Positions 26,257-40,145 of a stretch of DNA of 64,000 nucleotides are shown piece after piece. The position numbers and the translations under genes were made by a program. The DNA is taken from assembly GCF_964355755.1 (NCBI RefSeq), contig NC_092672.1, positions 16,306,001 to 16,370,000 of the forward strand. Direction: 5' to 3'. How positions within the stretch are numbered: position 1 is the stretch's first letter; each line of letters begins with the position of its first letter. The notes under the pieces were generated by a model. The model was not told the DNA's origin, searched no databases, and was given only the letters and a program-made list of their open reading frames with translations. This stretch comes from Antedon mediterranea. Its lineage: Eukaryota > Animalia > Echinodermata.

Positions 26257-28594
26257 CCGTCATAACCATTCCACATCCCATGCAATTCTGGATCTTGTTA
26301 ACAACATCACCTCATCTCTTGACAATAAACAATTTTTACTCTCCGTTTTTATAGACTTGTCAAAAGCTTTTGATGTCATTAATCATAAAATTCTTCTTGG
26401 TAAATTATTTAATTATGGCATTAGAGGAATTGCATTAAACTGGTTTAAAAGTTATTTACCGTATATTTCGGTGTATAAGTCGCACCTGTGTATAAGACGC
26501 ACCCCCTAAGTGAGAGTAAAATATCGGTATTTTTTATATCGTCGATGTATAAGACGCACCTTATATTTCATCAAAACAATGTTTTTTTAGAATTGTAATC
26601 AATATTATTGTAATAATATATTTTGTTATATCTACAACGGCGTCCTTTATTTAGGTTTTTTCTTACCTAGGCTCAACCGCGCCCAGCCTCAACAAGTTGT
26701 TTCTAACTTGTTATTCATGAGTTTCGCACCCGCAACATCGAGTGCATGACCGTGTGTGCAACATGCACGTGTGTGGGCTAGCCTCGCTCGATCATTTCGA
26801 GAGGGCGCACGTTTTCACGGACAATCGTATTCGATTAGTATCTATGTATCCGAGAAGTGTGTACGCTAGGTCCACGCTATAATCACCTGGAGAATATACT
26901 AGTCGAATACCGTACAACATGTGGCCGCCAAGAAGGGCTTGCGCTGGGGGTACGGCGGTCGGCGATCGTGCGAATAACTATAAATAAATACTATTCCAAT
27001 CGTAAACGTTTACAAATGAAATTTTATCGGAGCGCCTAAAATAGCTCCATAATAAACAAATCTTTTCATGGCGCGCCCTTTTCATCATATTTAGTATAAC
27101 ATCACGCTAAAATGCCTTGAAAACTAGGCAGAAGCAGGTTGCTGTTACGTTAGTACACTGTAGCTAGGCCTAGCCTACTCAGGCCTAGCCAACGAGGTGA
27201 CGATATGTACACTCTGTGTGGTGAGGCATTTATGTTCGGTGTATAAGACGCACCCTTAATTTAGAGGTCAAATTTGTGTGTCAAAAGTGCGACTTATACA
27301 CCGAAATATACGGTAGTAAACCGTAAACAGTATGTTGCGTTAGGCTCATTTAAATCATCAGTGGAGGCTGTAAATTGCGGAGTGCCTCAAGGGTCGGTTT
27401 TAGGACCACTACTATTTTTAATTTATGTAAATGATCTTTCTAGATCAAGTGACACTCTGAAAGTCATATCCTTTGCTGATGATACTACGATTTTGTTTTC
27501 TCATTCTGATATCAATGTCTTATATAACACCGTCAACACTGAACTAAATAAAATGACTGACTGGTTCATCTCAAATAAGCTTATTGTTAATGTACAGAAA
27601 ACTAATTACATTTTATTTCGTACTCAACAAAGACAAATTGATTTCTCTAATCTTAATATTTACATTAACAATAATATTATTGAACGTAAACCCGAAGTAC
27701 TATTCCTCGGAGTTTATCTACATGAATACTTGAGATGGACCAGTCATCAAGCGTATGTATCTAAAAAGATATCTAAAGTAATTGGCATCCTTTGTAAATT
27801 AAGACACTTTTTTCCACAACATATCTTACTCTTGTTATATAACACCCTTATACAACCTCATCTTCTTTATTGCAACATTATTTGGGCAGCCGACTACCCA
27901 TCAAATTTAGAAAAACTTAATAAACAAATTAAACGTGCTGCCCGTATTATTACTTTCTCTCACTATCTCGCCCCTTCCCAACCTTTACTTAAAAAACTCA
28001 ATATTCTTAGTCTACATGATCTATTTACAACACAAATTGCTTCTTTTATTTTTCAATTCTTTAATACCAAACTCCCTGTGACAATGTCTAATCTATTAAG
28101 TCATCATACAAAATCACACAAGTACTATTTACGTATCGACAATAAATTTCAGCATCTTGATGTACCTCCTTTTAGACTGAAAATTTCCGAATATTTTGTT
28201 TCTGTTTCAGGACCGCGAATCTGGAATGATCTTGATGATAAACTAAAGCATTTTAAATCTCTTTATACTTTTCGTAAAAATTTTAAAAAATATCTTATTT
28301 CTTTATACTAATTTTAATATTATTATGATTGTAGTACACTGAAAGTATCTATTTTTATTTCATCGTTTTTGTTTTTATTTATTATTTTATGTAGTAAATT
28401 GTATTAGTTTAAATGTATGTGTATTGTTTCTGGGGTCTTTCTCGAGACAAGAAACTTGTTTTCTTCTAGAGAAGACCCCAAATGATGGCTTATTACTATG
28501 TTTTCATTTATGTACACACCTATAATTATATTATACTGTATAATGCCATTGTTGAATAAATAAATGTTTTTTGAACTTAAACTTGAACTTTGAA
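26257..28594 (+). pseudogene. L2/CR1-group LINE ORF2, 3' part (RT core and C-terminus) with 3' tail
   Basis: [41 protein letters not shown] and GPRIWN, stop at 28311, AATAAA and a (TTGAAC)n-like tail at about 28570-28594. Confidence 0.9.
26459..27313. mobile_element. Tc1/mariner/pogo-type MITE, TA TSD
   Basis: TA-CCGTATATTTCGGTGTATAAGTCGCAC..GTGCGACTTATACACCGAAATATACGG-TA. Removing it restores LINE WFKSYL|VNRKQYV. Confidence 0.9.
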
Positions 28595-29329
28595 CGTGAA
28601 CGTGTACCGCAAACCGCAAAAAAAAAAAATAAATAAAAATAAAACCATTATTGTTATTATTAGGGTTGTTATTGTTAGGGTTAGGGTTCGTGACATAACA
28701 ACGTATCACGAATTCTTCATCAGATCCATTCAATCTAATCGAGGCGATATGCTGTTTCTTTACAACGGTCAAAGGAAAATGTATACTGCAACACCGGCTC
28801 ATGTAAACTGTTATGCGTTTAAAAAAAAAAAGCAAATAAAAGGCAAAAACAAAAAGGTTATTGTTATAACAACAATAACAACAACAACAACAATAATAGT
28901 ATTAATAATAAAAATAATAATGCGCTGCTCTCACAATATTTATTAGGTCCAATAAAAACATATCGGAAATTCGTTTTTTGTACACCATTTAAAAAGAACG
29001 AATACATAATATAAGAACATTATACGCACTATACAAAATTGCACAAAAACGTATACACAATAAATTACTTAAACAGAACCAAATTATCTAGTAACGGTGT
29101 TGTTGAAAACTGTAATTGACTTACGGATAAATGATTTGGGTAACGGGTAGTTTGCACACGGTGGGATTGAAGTCGGATTAATGATGGGAGAAAATTATAT
29201 TCTTTGAAGAGGGATGAGAAGGTTGTGATAGGATACGCTTTACCATAGAGATCCCAGGATTTTCATATGTAGATGTCATATCATCTATGGTCATTGCAGT
29301 AATCCTACACGCCCTTCTGTTTATTTTAT

Positions 29330-29773
29330 TTAATAATGCCTACGATGTAATGTTCTGCATAGCCTGCGAAACAAGATTTTCCCATTTTTTAAAACATTTT
29401 GTTGGTCCCTGTCAGCAGTTGGATTTGTTTGTTTGACAGCAGCGGTTATCTCTTGCCAGGCTGTTGTTTTTTGTTTATAGGTTATTTTACTATCAAAAGC
29501 AGCTCTTAAAATATTTTTTCTTTTTCCATACTCGGCTACCAACACCTCCTTTTCTTCGTCCTTCCAATTAGGTTTTCGTTTTGTTGCTGCCATTTTTTTG
29601 TTGCCAGCAAAAGTTTTCATTGAATATGCAAATGAGGTTTGAATGAGGGAAAGTGATTGGATATTGGACACTCATTTGTGAATACCCCTTAAGTGTTTCC
29701 CTTTGTTAAGGGAATTCTTAAATTTTAAGGGTAAGTATTTCCCTTAGCCTAAGTGAGATTGGTGAATACGGCC
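29330..29773 (-). mobile_element. PIF/Harbinger remnant: one TIR and a Myb/SANT-like DNA-binding gene fragment
   Basis: MAATKRKPNWKDEEKEVLV..KNIL..KTTAWQEITAAV..RD (Harbinger-type Myb/SANT). GGCCGTATTCACC terminus on the minus strand at 29761-29773. Confidence 0.7.
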
Positions 29774-29779
29774 ACAGGC

Positions 29780-32700
29780 TTTAGTTAAAAATATATAAAA
29801 AGTCATGAATACAAAAATACAAGATCTATATAAAAATACGAATAAACATCAAACATTGACAACAATATGAAAATACTATATCTTAACAATATATATATAT
29901 GCAGTATTATATACAGTTAAAACAAATTACATTTTCAATCTATCTTTTAATAGTTGCGTCGTATAAATGGCAAGAATTTGGAACAAATGACTTTCGAAGA
30001 CGATCATGATCTCCTCTTAGTGGACGTACCCTGATACCTGATCTGTTTAAAACATAGTACTTATTTAGTGGGTGTGTGTGGTCATTCATAATCATGTTAA
30101 CTTTATGTAATAATCTGTTTTCATATGTTTGTTGAATCAGAGCCAATATTTTTGCCTGCACGCTTCCTAACTCGTTCTAATTTTTCTTTGTTCTCATTTG
30201 TAAGACCAAAAAACAACAATATTAAACTAATAGTTAAAACACTTTGCACCATAGCCCTATAGAACATCGTTAATATAGTATTATCAATTTTATATAATTT
30301 TAGTTTTCTTAAGAAATGATTGCTACTGGTCGGTGATCGTTTTGAGTTACTGGATATTTTATTTTCGGAATGGGTCTAATTTCTGAAGTTTTCCAGATCT
30401 TTGGAATTTTTCCACGTTTAATGGATGTATTAAAAATATCGCAGAAAACTCCTGACAGTTGATCACAGCATGACTTTAGAACCCGATTTGGAACATAGTC
30501 TGGCCCTGTCGCCTTGTTGATTTTGACTTTGACACGATCGAACCTCTCCTTCATTTATTTCGATTTTCCACTCACCTCCTTTTCTTTATTTAATTGTTCC
30601 TTTAAATCCTCTATCTCTTTTGAAAAATCATGTTGATCAAAACGGCAAAAAAAAAAAAGTGTTAAGATCAACTAAGTATTCGACTCATTGTTTGGCTGTG
30701 ACGAATTTCTTTTATATTGACTACCATAGCCAGTGATATCCTGCATGGTTTGCCAAGCCGCTTTGACATCGTTTCTTTAAAACTTCGTTTTAACTTTCTT
30801 CTGTACTTTGCCTTATTCTTTTCAATTTCTATCTGTTTTTGCATTTCTTTCACTATATCAGTAAGTTCCTTTGAGAAAGCGGATTTCTTTTCAGAAAGCA
30901 GTGCTTTAAGTTCTTTCGTAAACCATTTTTTATTATTTGGGTAAATCACTTTCGATTTTCTTTGAATAATAGAGTCTGTACAGAACTTGATATATCCACT
31001 GATAGCTTCCAAGGTTTCATTTATATTGCCACGGTCATTTTTAAACACTGACCAATCGGTGCACTCGAATGCACCACGTAGCTCTTCAATAAAAACGTTC
31101 GACCAAATCATTGTTTGTTTGGTAACAGGTTTAATTCGTTTAATTCTTTGTTTATATTCAGGAATCATCATTACCATATTATGGTCAGAACGCCCAAGCT
31201 GCAACAGATTTTTGTTGAATATTTACACCAGGACTTTGCATAACATTTGTCAAGAATGTTGTTTTGTCTGGTGGGCTTGTCAACAAACTGTTTAAACGTT
31301 GGTAGATATTTTTCCAAACAACATGACAATAAAAACAGGTACATCTGGGGATTCATTTTCGATTTCACGTACCCTCATCGAAATCTCCTTTGCAGCATCT
31401 TTGTTGTTTGCTTTGTCATGAACGTACGTCACTATAACATATATCTTATTACATTCTCGGGGAAGATAAAACGGCCTTAGACCGATTGAAAGTAGCTCCA
31501 TATCCTTATTACACATACGTTTATTACCACCTCCTTTTGTTTTACCGGACTCTGCTGTTCTATCACCTCTAAATAAATCAATGTTCTCAATATTAACTAT
31601 AAATTCATCTGGAATGTTTTTATTTAGCCAGGTTTCGGACAAACAAATAACATTGGCTTCCCGATACTCGTACAAATATCTTACACATTCCAGTAATTCT
31701 TCCATTTCGATTGAAAGTAGCTCCATATCCTTATTACACATACGTTTATTACCACCTCCTTTTGTTTTACCGGACTCTGTTGTTCTATCACCTCTAAATA
31801 AATCAATGTTCTCAATATTAACTATAAATTCATCTGGAATGTTTTTATTTAGCCAGGTTTCGGCTAATAACAAATAACATTGGCTTCCCGATACTCGTAC
31901 AAATATCTTACACATTCCCGTAATTCTTCCATTTTGTTGGGAAGAGATCTAACATTCCCTATAACAATATTTGGTAAGGGTAGACTATATCGTCTTCTCC
32001 TGTGTCTAGCTCTTTTCCCACCCCGTGTACCACGGAGTCTGCGTTTTTACACAGGTGGGAAGTTCGAGTAACCTATTGGCTTACCGGTAGGCTCACAGCG
32101 AAGTTCAAACAGCTCCTTCCGCGAGTATCGTGTGACGTTAGAAACGCGAGCCTCCGACTTATCCATGCCACTTATCCAAATACTTAGAAAAAAAGCTCCA
32201 AAAAACAAGATAGAAGAAACAAAGTCTACGTAACTCAGCAGTATGGACCATATAGATTATTTTAAGCAAGAAATATTCACAAACAGTTTACAAACCACGA
32301 ACAATTTAACACAACAATTAGAGAGCAAAAATTGTCGGCGCTGCCTTGTCGGCGCTAGTTCCGTTTCGCACCTGTCGTTTATTTCGACTCAAAATTGGTT
32401 AAGTAACTTTATCGTGAGTACCACACCTTAGAATTAGGCCTCAAAAATACTACGAAGGATATCACACAAAAAGTAACAAATAAATCCTTTAAATTGATGA
32501 ATTTACAGACGTGTTTCTCGCACATCCTGTCGTGAATTTCGCATACTCCATGTTCAATGTTGTTGTTTCTATGGAACGCCAAAAGAGCAATCATAATAGA
32601 GGGCTAAAAACTCAGTAAATTGCGTATATTTAATGCATTTATTGGTGAAAATTATGTTCAATTTTATCATATATTGTCAATGTCAATGCAACAAAAATGT

Positions 32701-33260
32701 TACTGTTGATACTGTAGATAGTTTTCGCAGGAACTTTTAGGTATGAAAATCGACAAATTCATCATCATATTACATGTACTGTAGGGTATACCTGATCTAA
32801 ATAATATTCCTCTTACTCTTAGGCCTAGGGTTGGTTGCTATTTGAAAACAGCAAATTATTAGCAGTAAAATGTTACAGCATTTTTATTGACAAAATATAT
32901 TAAATTTAAGGTGTATTTCAATAATAAATGCATTAGAAGAAGACGAATTCCACTGAGTTTTTAACCATCTATTGTTGTTGCTCTTTTGGCGCTCCATAGA
33001 AACGAAAATATTGAACTTCGAGTATGCTAAATTCGCGAACGGTATGCGAGAAACATGTCTGTAAAATCATCAATTAAAGGATTTATGTGTTACTTTTTAT
33101 GTGATTCTTCTTCATAAAAGTACTTATGAGGCCCAATTTTAAGGTGTGGTATTCACAATAAGGCTTAACAATTTGGAGTCAAAAGGAAGTCGAAATAAAA
33201 ACAGGTGCGAAACGGAACTAGCGCCAAATTGTCAACATGTCGCTACTGTGCAGCGCCACC
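29780..33260 (-). pseudogene. Rex1/Babar-like LINE, RT core deleted, endonuclease partly duplicated
   Basis: ICLSETWL, KTKGGG, LRPFYLPRE, LGRSDHNMV, FECTDWSVF, KATGPDYVPNRVLKSCCDQLSGVFCDIFN, then a jump to the C-terminal HPLN..RLRKSFVP. Confidence 0.8.
32351..33225. mobile_element. Palindromic MITE (GGCGCTAGTTCCGTTTCGCACCTG TIRs); related copy at about 42113-42725
   Basis: About 300-bp inverted arms. AAATTGTC occurs at the right flank and again shortly left of the element. Confidence 0.75.
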
Positions 33261-33960
33261 AACATTTGTGGGCGCTGTTTATTGCATTTGTGGATGATGC
33301 GTTTTAACATTTGTGTTTGTTTTCACATTTGTGATTGATGCCTTTTCAAATTTGTGGTCGTTTTCACATTTGTGGGTGATACGTTTTCACATTTGCGGTC
33401 GTTATCACATTTGTGGGTGTTTTCACATTTGTAGGTTCAACAGGGACCATAGGAATTTTTTCGATAAAAATCCAATAATTATTCTATGATATTGACATTT
33501 ATGCACATATATTGTGTTAACATCATCTTATACAGCCATAGTAACTAGTTATGTCCAAAAAATAAAAGGGTGATCAAGGGATTTTTTTGATAAATGGCCA
33601 AAATGTCCACTTTTTAAAATTCCACTACTGGTGACCACAGGAATTTTTTTTCCAAATATGGCCAAAATATCCACTTTTTTCAATTTAATAATTATTCTAT
33701 AATATTTACATTTTTGCACATATATTGTGTTAATAGTAACTAGTTATGTCAAAAAATAAAAGGGCGATCAAAAGATTTTTCGATAAATGGCCAAAATTTC
33801 CACTTTTTAAAATTCAATAATTATGCTATAATATTGCCAAAAAAAAGGTCGAAATTTGGCCATTTATCGAAAATTTCACTGCGGGGGACCAAAGGATTTT
33901 TTTCGAAAAATGGCCAAAATGTCCACTTTTTAAAATTCAATAATTATGCTAATATTGATG
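33260..33960. repeat. Short ACATTTGTG tandem array followed by a degenerate GGCCAAAATGTCCACTTTT array
   Basis: Visible repeat units at 33260-33443 and 33445-33960. Confidence 0.6.
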
Positions 33961-34539
33961 ATTATGCAAGGGTATACTATACCTTAAGTATAATCGAGAT
34001 TATACTAGTAGGCCTACTGTATCCCCTCCAACCACGACCTTCCACCTTTTCTGTTATTTAATCATTGTGGGTGGGTTTCGTCCGTTAGGCAATATTTGGG
34101 TCGATCATTTTTATTCGTTAAGTTTTAGTTGTAGAAAGAATTAAGGTAGACTTAGGCCTAGGCTAGACATGTTCTTAAAGCAACAGTAGAAAGGCCATTT
34201 TATAGTCCTAAAAAAAAAAACATATTAGAGGCCCCCCCCCCACGATCGAGTGAAAAAGAGCTTAGGTCTAGGCCTATTTATTCTGATGTAGTTCAATATA
34301 TTTAGGGTTAACTAAACATCGACTCTTAGTTAGGCCTAGGCCTACTATCTTTAAGTAATAAAAACATTGATAAAGTATTCATACTAGGCCTAGACCTATA
34401 CCTACTTAAATATTTTTAGTCTTTGTTGGAGTCTGATTCTGTCTGATAATCAAAAAAGTACCAGACAATAACATCACTAATAGGCCCTAGTACTAGCCTA
34501 GGCCGATTATCAGACGATCTTAGCCATTTTTATTATTCT

Positions 34540-35041
34540 CTGTAATTTATCTAAGAATAACTCAAATAAATTACAGAGAATAATAAATATGGCTACGAAG
34601 GTAATAGGTGCAAAGGTCCCATCTATCCATGATATATGCGATAAGGTTATGGAGAAAAAACTAAAATGTATAATTAACGACCAGTCTCATCCTCTTTTTA
34701 ACTTTAGAAATTTCAGTAGATCCGGAAGGATGATTCCTTCAATTAAGAAGACTGAGCGTCATAATAAATCATTTCTTCCGTGTGCAATCAGGCAATACAA
34801 CAAGTAATTTAAAAGATAACTTGAGACGTTTTATATTTTATTCTTTATATAGTATTTTAATATTTATACTGTTCATAATGTTTTATACATAGCATATTTT
34901 CTTATATATTATCTTATCCATTGTATAGTATTGTATGTTTTTAACTGTTGTTATTTTTATTGTAATTTGAACCTTGGAAGGAAAATTTCATTTACTTTGT
35001 ATTTGACAATAAATTTTAACTTGAACTTGAACTTGAACTTG
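34540..35041 (+). pseudogene. 3' end of a Rex/Babar- or CR1-group LINE with (AACTTG)n tail
   Basis: IINDQSHPLF..SGR..KKTERHNKSFLPCAIRQYN*, AATAAA and an AACTTG repeat at about 35018-35041. Confidence 0.7.
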
Positions 35042-35545
35042 ATCGGGACCACGGACGATCGGGCCCAGACGATCTTCTTCTTTCTTTATCCGTAATTTTG
35101 GCCTTCGGCCCATATTACATAACATGAATCAATAGTTAGGCGGTAATTTCTTAAACTAAAGCAGTTTCTAAAACATTAAAATAAAATGATTTCTCTTGAT
35201 TTGGACATTCCTTAAGTTAAAACTTTTTTCAATGTATATAGCAAACAGTTTTAATTCTCTTTTATTTCTAAATACATAATTCAAATAGGTATATATATTT
35301 TGATTTTGAATTTAATGTATTTCTGTCTCAGTTTGTTGTATAAAGAACAGCTAAATAAAAAATGCAATTCGTCTTCACCAGTATTACAAAATAAACAGAT
35401 TCTATTTTCTCTAATTATTTTAAGATGTCTTCCTTTCTCAATAAATAAATTATGTGTTGATAAACGAAATCTTGATAAAAGTGTCCTGAACTTAAAATTT
35501 AAATCATGTAAATAGTTTTTGAAATCAAATTTTCGTTTTTCATGA

Positions 35546-36394
35546 AGGTGAAAATAAACGTTGAAACTTACCAACGTTTCGTGCGTTAGCATCGCACTTT
35601 CTCAAGGTAGTGGTGTCAGCTTGGTTTGCCAACACTGATCATGGCATAGTCACGTGATGTTGTTGTAACATGCGCCCTCTCTGAGTTATTTCTTGAAAAC
35701 CTCTGGGTGAATCCCAGAGGGGTCCGCCCCGGCCGGCCGTCTCACTTCTAACAGGTCATCATATATGTGTGGCAGCCACTTTCCTCCTTGGTCTCTGTTT
35801 ATGTTGTTCTCAGTTTTTCTAATTGAAATTGCTTCTTGCCATCCTCTCTTGTTGATGTTTCAATCTTTCTTTAACACTTTCGCCTCCCAATTAGGTGTAT
35901 GTTTGATTGTGACATTCTGCTTGACCTTGTCATGACTCCTTTCATGTGATCTTCTACATCTTTTTTATGTTCTTTTATTCTGTTTCCCAATTTTCTACCA
36001 GTTTCTCCTATGTATATTAAGGTGCAATTCATACAGGGTACACAATACACTACTCCACTTATGTCCTCCAGCTTAATCTTATCTTTTGGGTGTACTATAT
36101 GCGATCTTAATTTGTTTTGGGGTACAAAGTAAGAGTTAATTTTATGGCTAGTGAGCGTTCTACGTATCTTTTCGGATAGCCCTCTCACATAGGGTAAAGC
36201 TACGCTGCCACGCATGTCTTGTTTGTTTTCTCATTTTTTCTGACTATTCTTTTCTTTTTTGTTGTGTATCACTCTATCGATGGCCCAATTTGGGTATTCA
36301 CATATAATATTGTCGGCAAACCAAGCTGACAAAGCTGAGAAAGTGCGATGCTAACGCACGAAACGTTGGTAAGTTTCAACGTTTATTTTCACCT
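35546..36394 (-). mobile_element. Penelope-like element 3' fragment: GIY-YIG endonuclease with inverted pseudo-LTR ends
   Basis: ORF 35871-36215 reads LPYVRGLSEKI..GVVYCVPC..C..IYIGETGRKLGNRIKEH. 35512-35634 is inverted at 36311-36428. Confidence 0.85.
35568..35612 (-). ncRNA. Minimal hammerhead-like motif of the Penelope pLTR (inverted copy at about 36335-36372, + strand)
   Basis: TACC-TTGAGAAA-GTGCG-atgctaa-CGCAC-GAAA-CGTT-GGTA. Stems I and II pair, but the core deviates from CUGANGA. Confidence 0.5.
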
Positions 36395-38439
36395 TCATGA
36401 AAAACGAAAATTTGATTTCAAAAATATTTTGGGAAGGAGATGATTTTTTTCAATTTCATGTAAATAGTGTTCTGTAATATAATCAGCTTTAAAATAATTA
36501 TAAAATCGCAAACTTAGGTTTTGTTGAAGACTTTCTCTTTCGTTCTGTAAAGCTGTATCGTATACCCTCTGGCTAAAATTGTGTAAGAAATTATTATTTA
36601 TATCATTTAAATAAGAAATTAAATCCGTAATAGTTAAGAATATATTTAACATTTAGTGCCCAGCAGTCGCTTCCCTTCTCGGCCCAGGACTTTTGTTGAA
36701 GAAGACATATTTTTGGTAGTCTTTTAAATATCTTTAATCATTAATATTTTAATCCAGTAACTAATCAATGGCCTAATTCACCTCTGGCCGCCTCGTTGGG
36801 ACACGACTGCTGGACATTTAATGTATATTTACAATGCTTAAGATGGATATTTTCAATTTCTTTTCCTTCTATATGCCCCCATATTTCGCATCTATATAAG
36901 ATAATAGGGAGGATCTTTGTCTCAAATAGCTTTTCCTTAAATTTAACAGAATAGTAACCTAAATCAGATAATTTCCTTCTTAAATTTAACATGGCTCTTT
37001 TTGTCTTGTCTGTTGTGACTTTTTCCATGGTGTTTCATTTACCTTGGCTGTTAATGGTGAAACCTAAATATTTAAAATTATTTACAATTTCTATATCATT
37101 TCCATTTAGCGAAAATGTATCATCGTAACTTATTTTCCTCTGAAAACCATTATTTTTGTTTTTGCATTATTGATAGTGGGGCTATTTTCTGTGCAATATT
37201 TCTGTAATTGATCTATTTGTTTTTTAATTCCGATTTTTGAGTATGAAATGAACATAAGGTCATCTGCATATATTAAGTGCGAGATAACTGTTGTACCTAT
37301 TGAACAGAAATGTTCAATAAAAATTGTTTTAAGTCATAAAGAAACACAATAAATAATATGGGCGATAGGAGACAGCCTTGTTTAAGTCATGTGGTGCTTT
37401 TAAAACTATTTGTTAGTCCATGTTGTGTTTTAATTATAATATTTATATCCTTATATATTGCTCTTATAATATTATAAATTTATAAAGACCCATTTGTTTA
37501 AGTTTAGTAAATAAAATAATTCTACTAATACTATCAAACGCTTGCTTGAAATCAACAAATACACAATAAAGTTTCCCCCTTTTCTTATTTAAGGCCTTTT
37601 TAACTAAAGTGTCTAAAATGAACATGTTATCGGTTGTGCTATATCCCTTTCTGAAACCTGCTTGTTCTTCTGGTATAATATTATTTTGCTCTACCCATTC
37701 TCTGATTCGTTTTTCTATAATCCATGTAAATGTTTTGCTAAAAATAGGTAATAAAGTAATGGGTCTGTAATTTTTTACGTTATTTGGGTCATTTCCTTTA
37801 TAGATGGGAACTAAAATTCCAGTTGTCCAACTGTCTGGATATTTACTAGATTTAATAATAAAATTAAAAATTGTAGTAATTATTTGTAAAATATTAGTAG
37901 GTAGGGTCTTAAAAATATTAGGTGATAAACCATAAATTCCTGGTGATTTATTTAATTTAAGATGTTTAATGCTATCTATAACTTCTAATATTGTAATCAG
38001 GGGGTATTATTCTGTGTTATAGCTAAAATTTCTATTATAAGGGTGGCTCGTTGCTTAAAATTGATTGATTGAATACCGATTTGAAGTAGTCATACCAATT
38101 TTTACACGTTATAGAAATATTGCTTAATAATTTCTTTGATTCTAGTTAGGGAATTAGGTAAAAAAAATGCAAATCTGTGAAATAATTATTAACAAAGGTT
38201 TTTCAGTGGATTCATGTTCTAATGCATCCCAAGTCATCCCAAAAAATTCCTCCATGAATTTTGAGCTGGGGAAAGGGGGTAATTTTGAGGTCAAAGGTCA
38301 TTTGGTGTCAAACTAGAGATACGCTTGTTATTGTTTAATAACGTTGTGAATTTTAAATGTACCTCATTTTATTTAGTATCAAATGATAGCTTATTAAATT
38401 ATCTTTATTTTGATATATAGTTATGCAGGTATTAGGTTA

Positions 38440-39758
38440 TCTATATATAAATTATGGTTAATTCTGACATAGGCGAGCACAATGCAAAAACTTCGGTACA
38501 AATCTCCGCCTTGGATACCTACATTATCTATCCGAGATGTACCGCGAAACGTAGATTTGATAACATTAGTGTGCACGCCGACGCTATTGTTCCATATTTA
38601 TATCTTAGGAAGATATTATAAAGAGTTTTTTAACAACATTTATGATTTCAACATTGGATTTTCCTCTCAATTTCAATTCTTCCCGGTCAAAGTAATTTCC
38701 GGGTTTAAGATAAGTTCACCTTAGTTTCAAATATTTTCTCTCTTTTATACACAAGGGAGCAGTTAAAATAATAGATTTGACCCTAAAGGTGACTGGAAAC
38801 AGGCACTTTCCATCAATCAATACAGTGTCCCTTTGGAAGACGAAAAAATTGGCCATTAATCATAGCCATTTCAGTTTTTTGTTTATTTTAAAACATACCA
38901 CACGTGTGTGAAGGTACAGTAGTTAAATAATAGGAATTATACTGCAAATTAATAAAGATCAAATTAAATATACGCCATAAAGAATCAGAATATATTGTGG
39001 GGAATAGTATTATACAATTACATAGGGAGATTTGATAAGACATTTTTCGAGTGAAATCCCGATAGCTGAGTTTTATTGAGTAAGCTTGCAGGAATAACTG
39101 TAGGCTATCTTCCTGTGTCCCGTTAGGACCGAGATGTCTGCCCATGTTGCAAGCCGTAATGTCTTCTTTCTTGGGCCCACTCTGTCACGGCAGTTAGTTT
39201 CAAAAGATGATTAAATTAAATAATGTATTAATAATTATTAGGATGGTATTCATTTGAATAAACGCCTCTCCAATAAAACATCACTTTGAATAATAACCCC
39301 CCCCCCCCCACAACCCAACTATCTAATAAACGTCCATCCACATATTTATAATAACACAATTATACTATTTGTAGTAGAATTCACCGCACTGTTATCTGCA
39401 ATTTACCAAGCATTTGTTATTCTTTTTTACCACTTTTCATATCTATGAGAGGATTTCATTTGATTATAAATGTTACCATATTATTAGAACTAAAAAATTT
39501 AACATATATCCCTCGAATAAGCACCTCCCTCAAATGACCTCCGCCTCCCCAAAGGGCCCAACCAAACAATAAAAACTATACTTTAAAATGTTATTAATCA
39601 TCTAAAACACTGTGAAACAAAGTAGTTCAGTTTTACGAATGTCAAGCATTTTCAATAATGGTAACCGACAGAAAATGTATAAGGAGAACATTATCATTCC
39701 GAGAACCATCGTCTACACTTCCTAGAGGGGGAGCGAGCGAAGCGAGCTCACCCTCTAG
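38440..39758 (+). mobile_element. Non-autonomous Helitron
   Basis: 5' TCTATATATAAATT after an A. 3' hairpin CTAGAGGGGGAGCGAGCGAAGCGAGCTCACCCTCTAG before a T. Same end types as 53135-53950. Confidence 0.75.
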
Positions 39759-40145
39759 TAGTATAAATTTTGGTCATTTAATACTATAGACAAGTTCTAT
39801 TTCCTTTGAAATATGGTGTAAGAAGCATTTTTGGGTAGGAGCTGGGATCCACTTGATTTAGGATATTTCGACCTCGCTGATTACGAATATGGCGGATCCC
39901 AAGTGAAATTTGGCCATCTAAGCCCTTAATTTGCATAATTAAAAATGGCGGCCATTTTTTATAATTACCCTATATCTCGAGAACCACTAGTCACAGATAA
40001 TTAATTTTGTTGTCAAAATGTTTTAAATATATTTTTTTATATTCACTTTAATGACACATTTTCTCAAAAAATAGATGCAAGTCTTATTTCTGACATTTTG
40101 ACCTTTGACCTTGATTTATCGTATCTCAGTAACCAATAATCGGAG

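Larger units (their letters stand above)
35200..38000 (-). pseudogene. Decayed LINE ORF2 (RTE-X-like): RT and C-terminal CCHC, interrupted by a Penelope fragment
   Basis: NYRPITL, QAGFRKGYSTTDNMF, FVDFKQAFDSI, KQGCLLSP, IYADDL, KYLG, EAARGELG and RFRLSTHNLFIEKGR..CLFC..EDELHFLFSC. Confidence 0.75.

Noticed and set aside
29330-29671. Host MSANTD/NAIF1-like gene
   Set aside because: It is frameshifted before the last conserved Trp and lies beside a Harbinger-type TIR.
34120-34505. Clustered TAGGCCTA/CTAGGC palindromes as a regulatory array
   Set aside because: The motif is scattered throughout the window without fixed spacing and looks like a genome-wide compositional trait.
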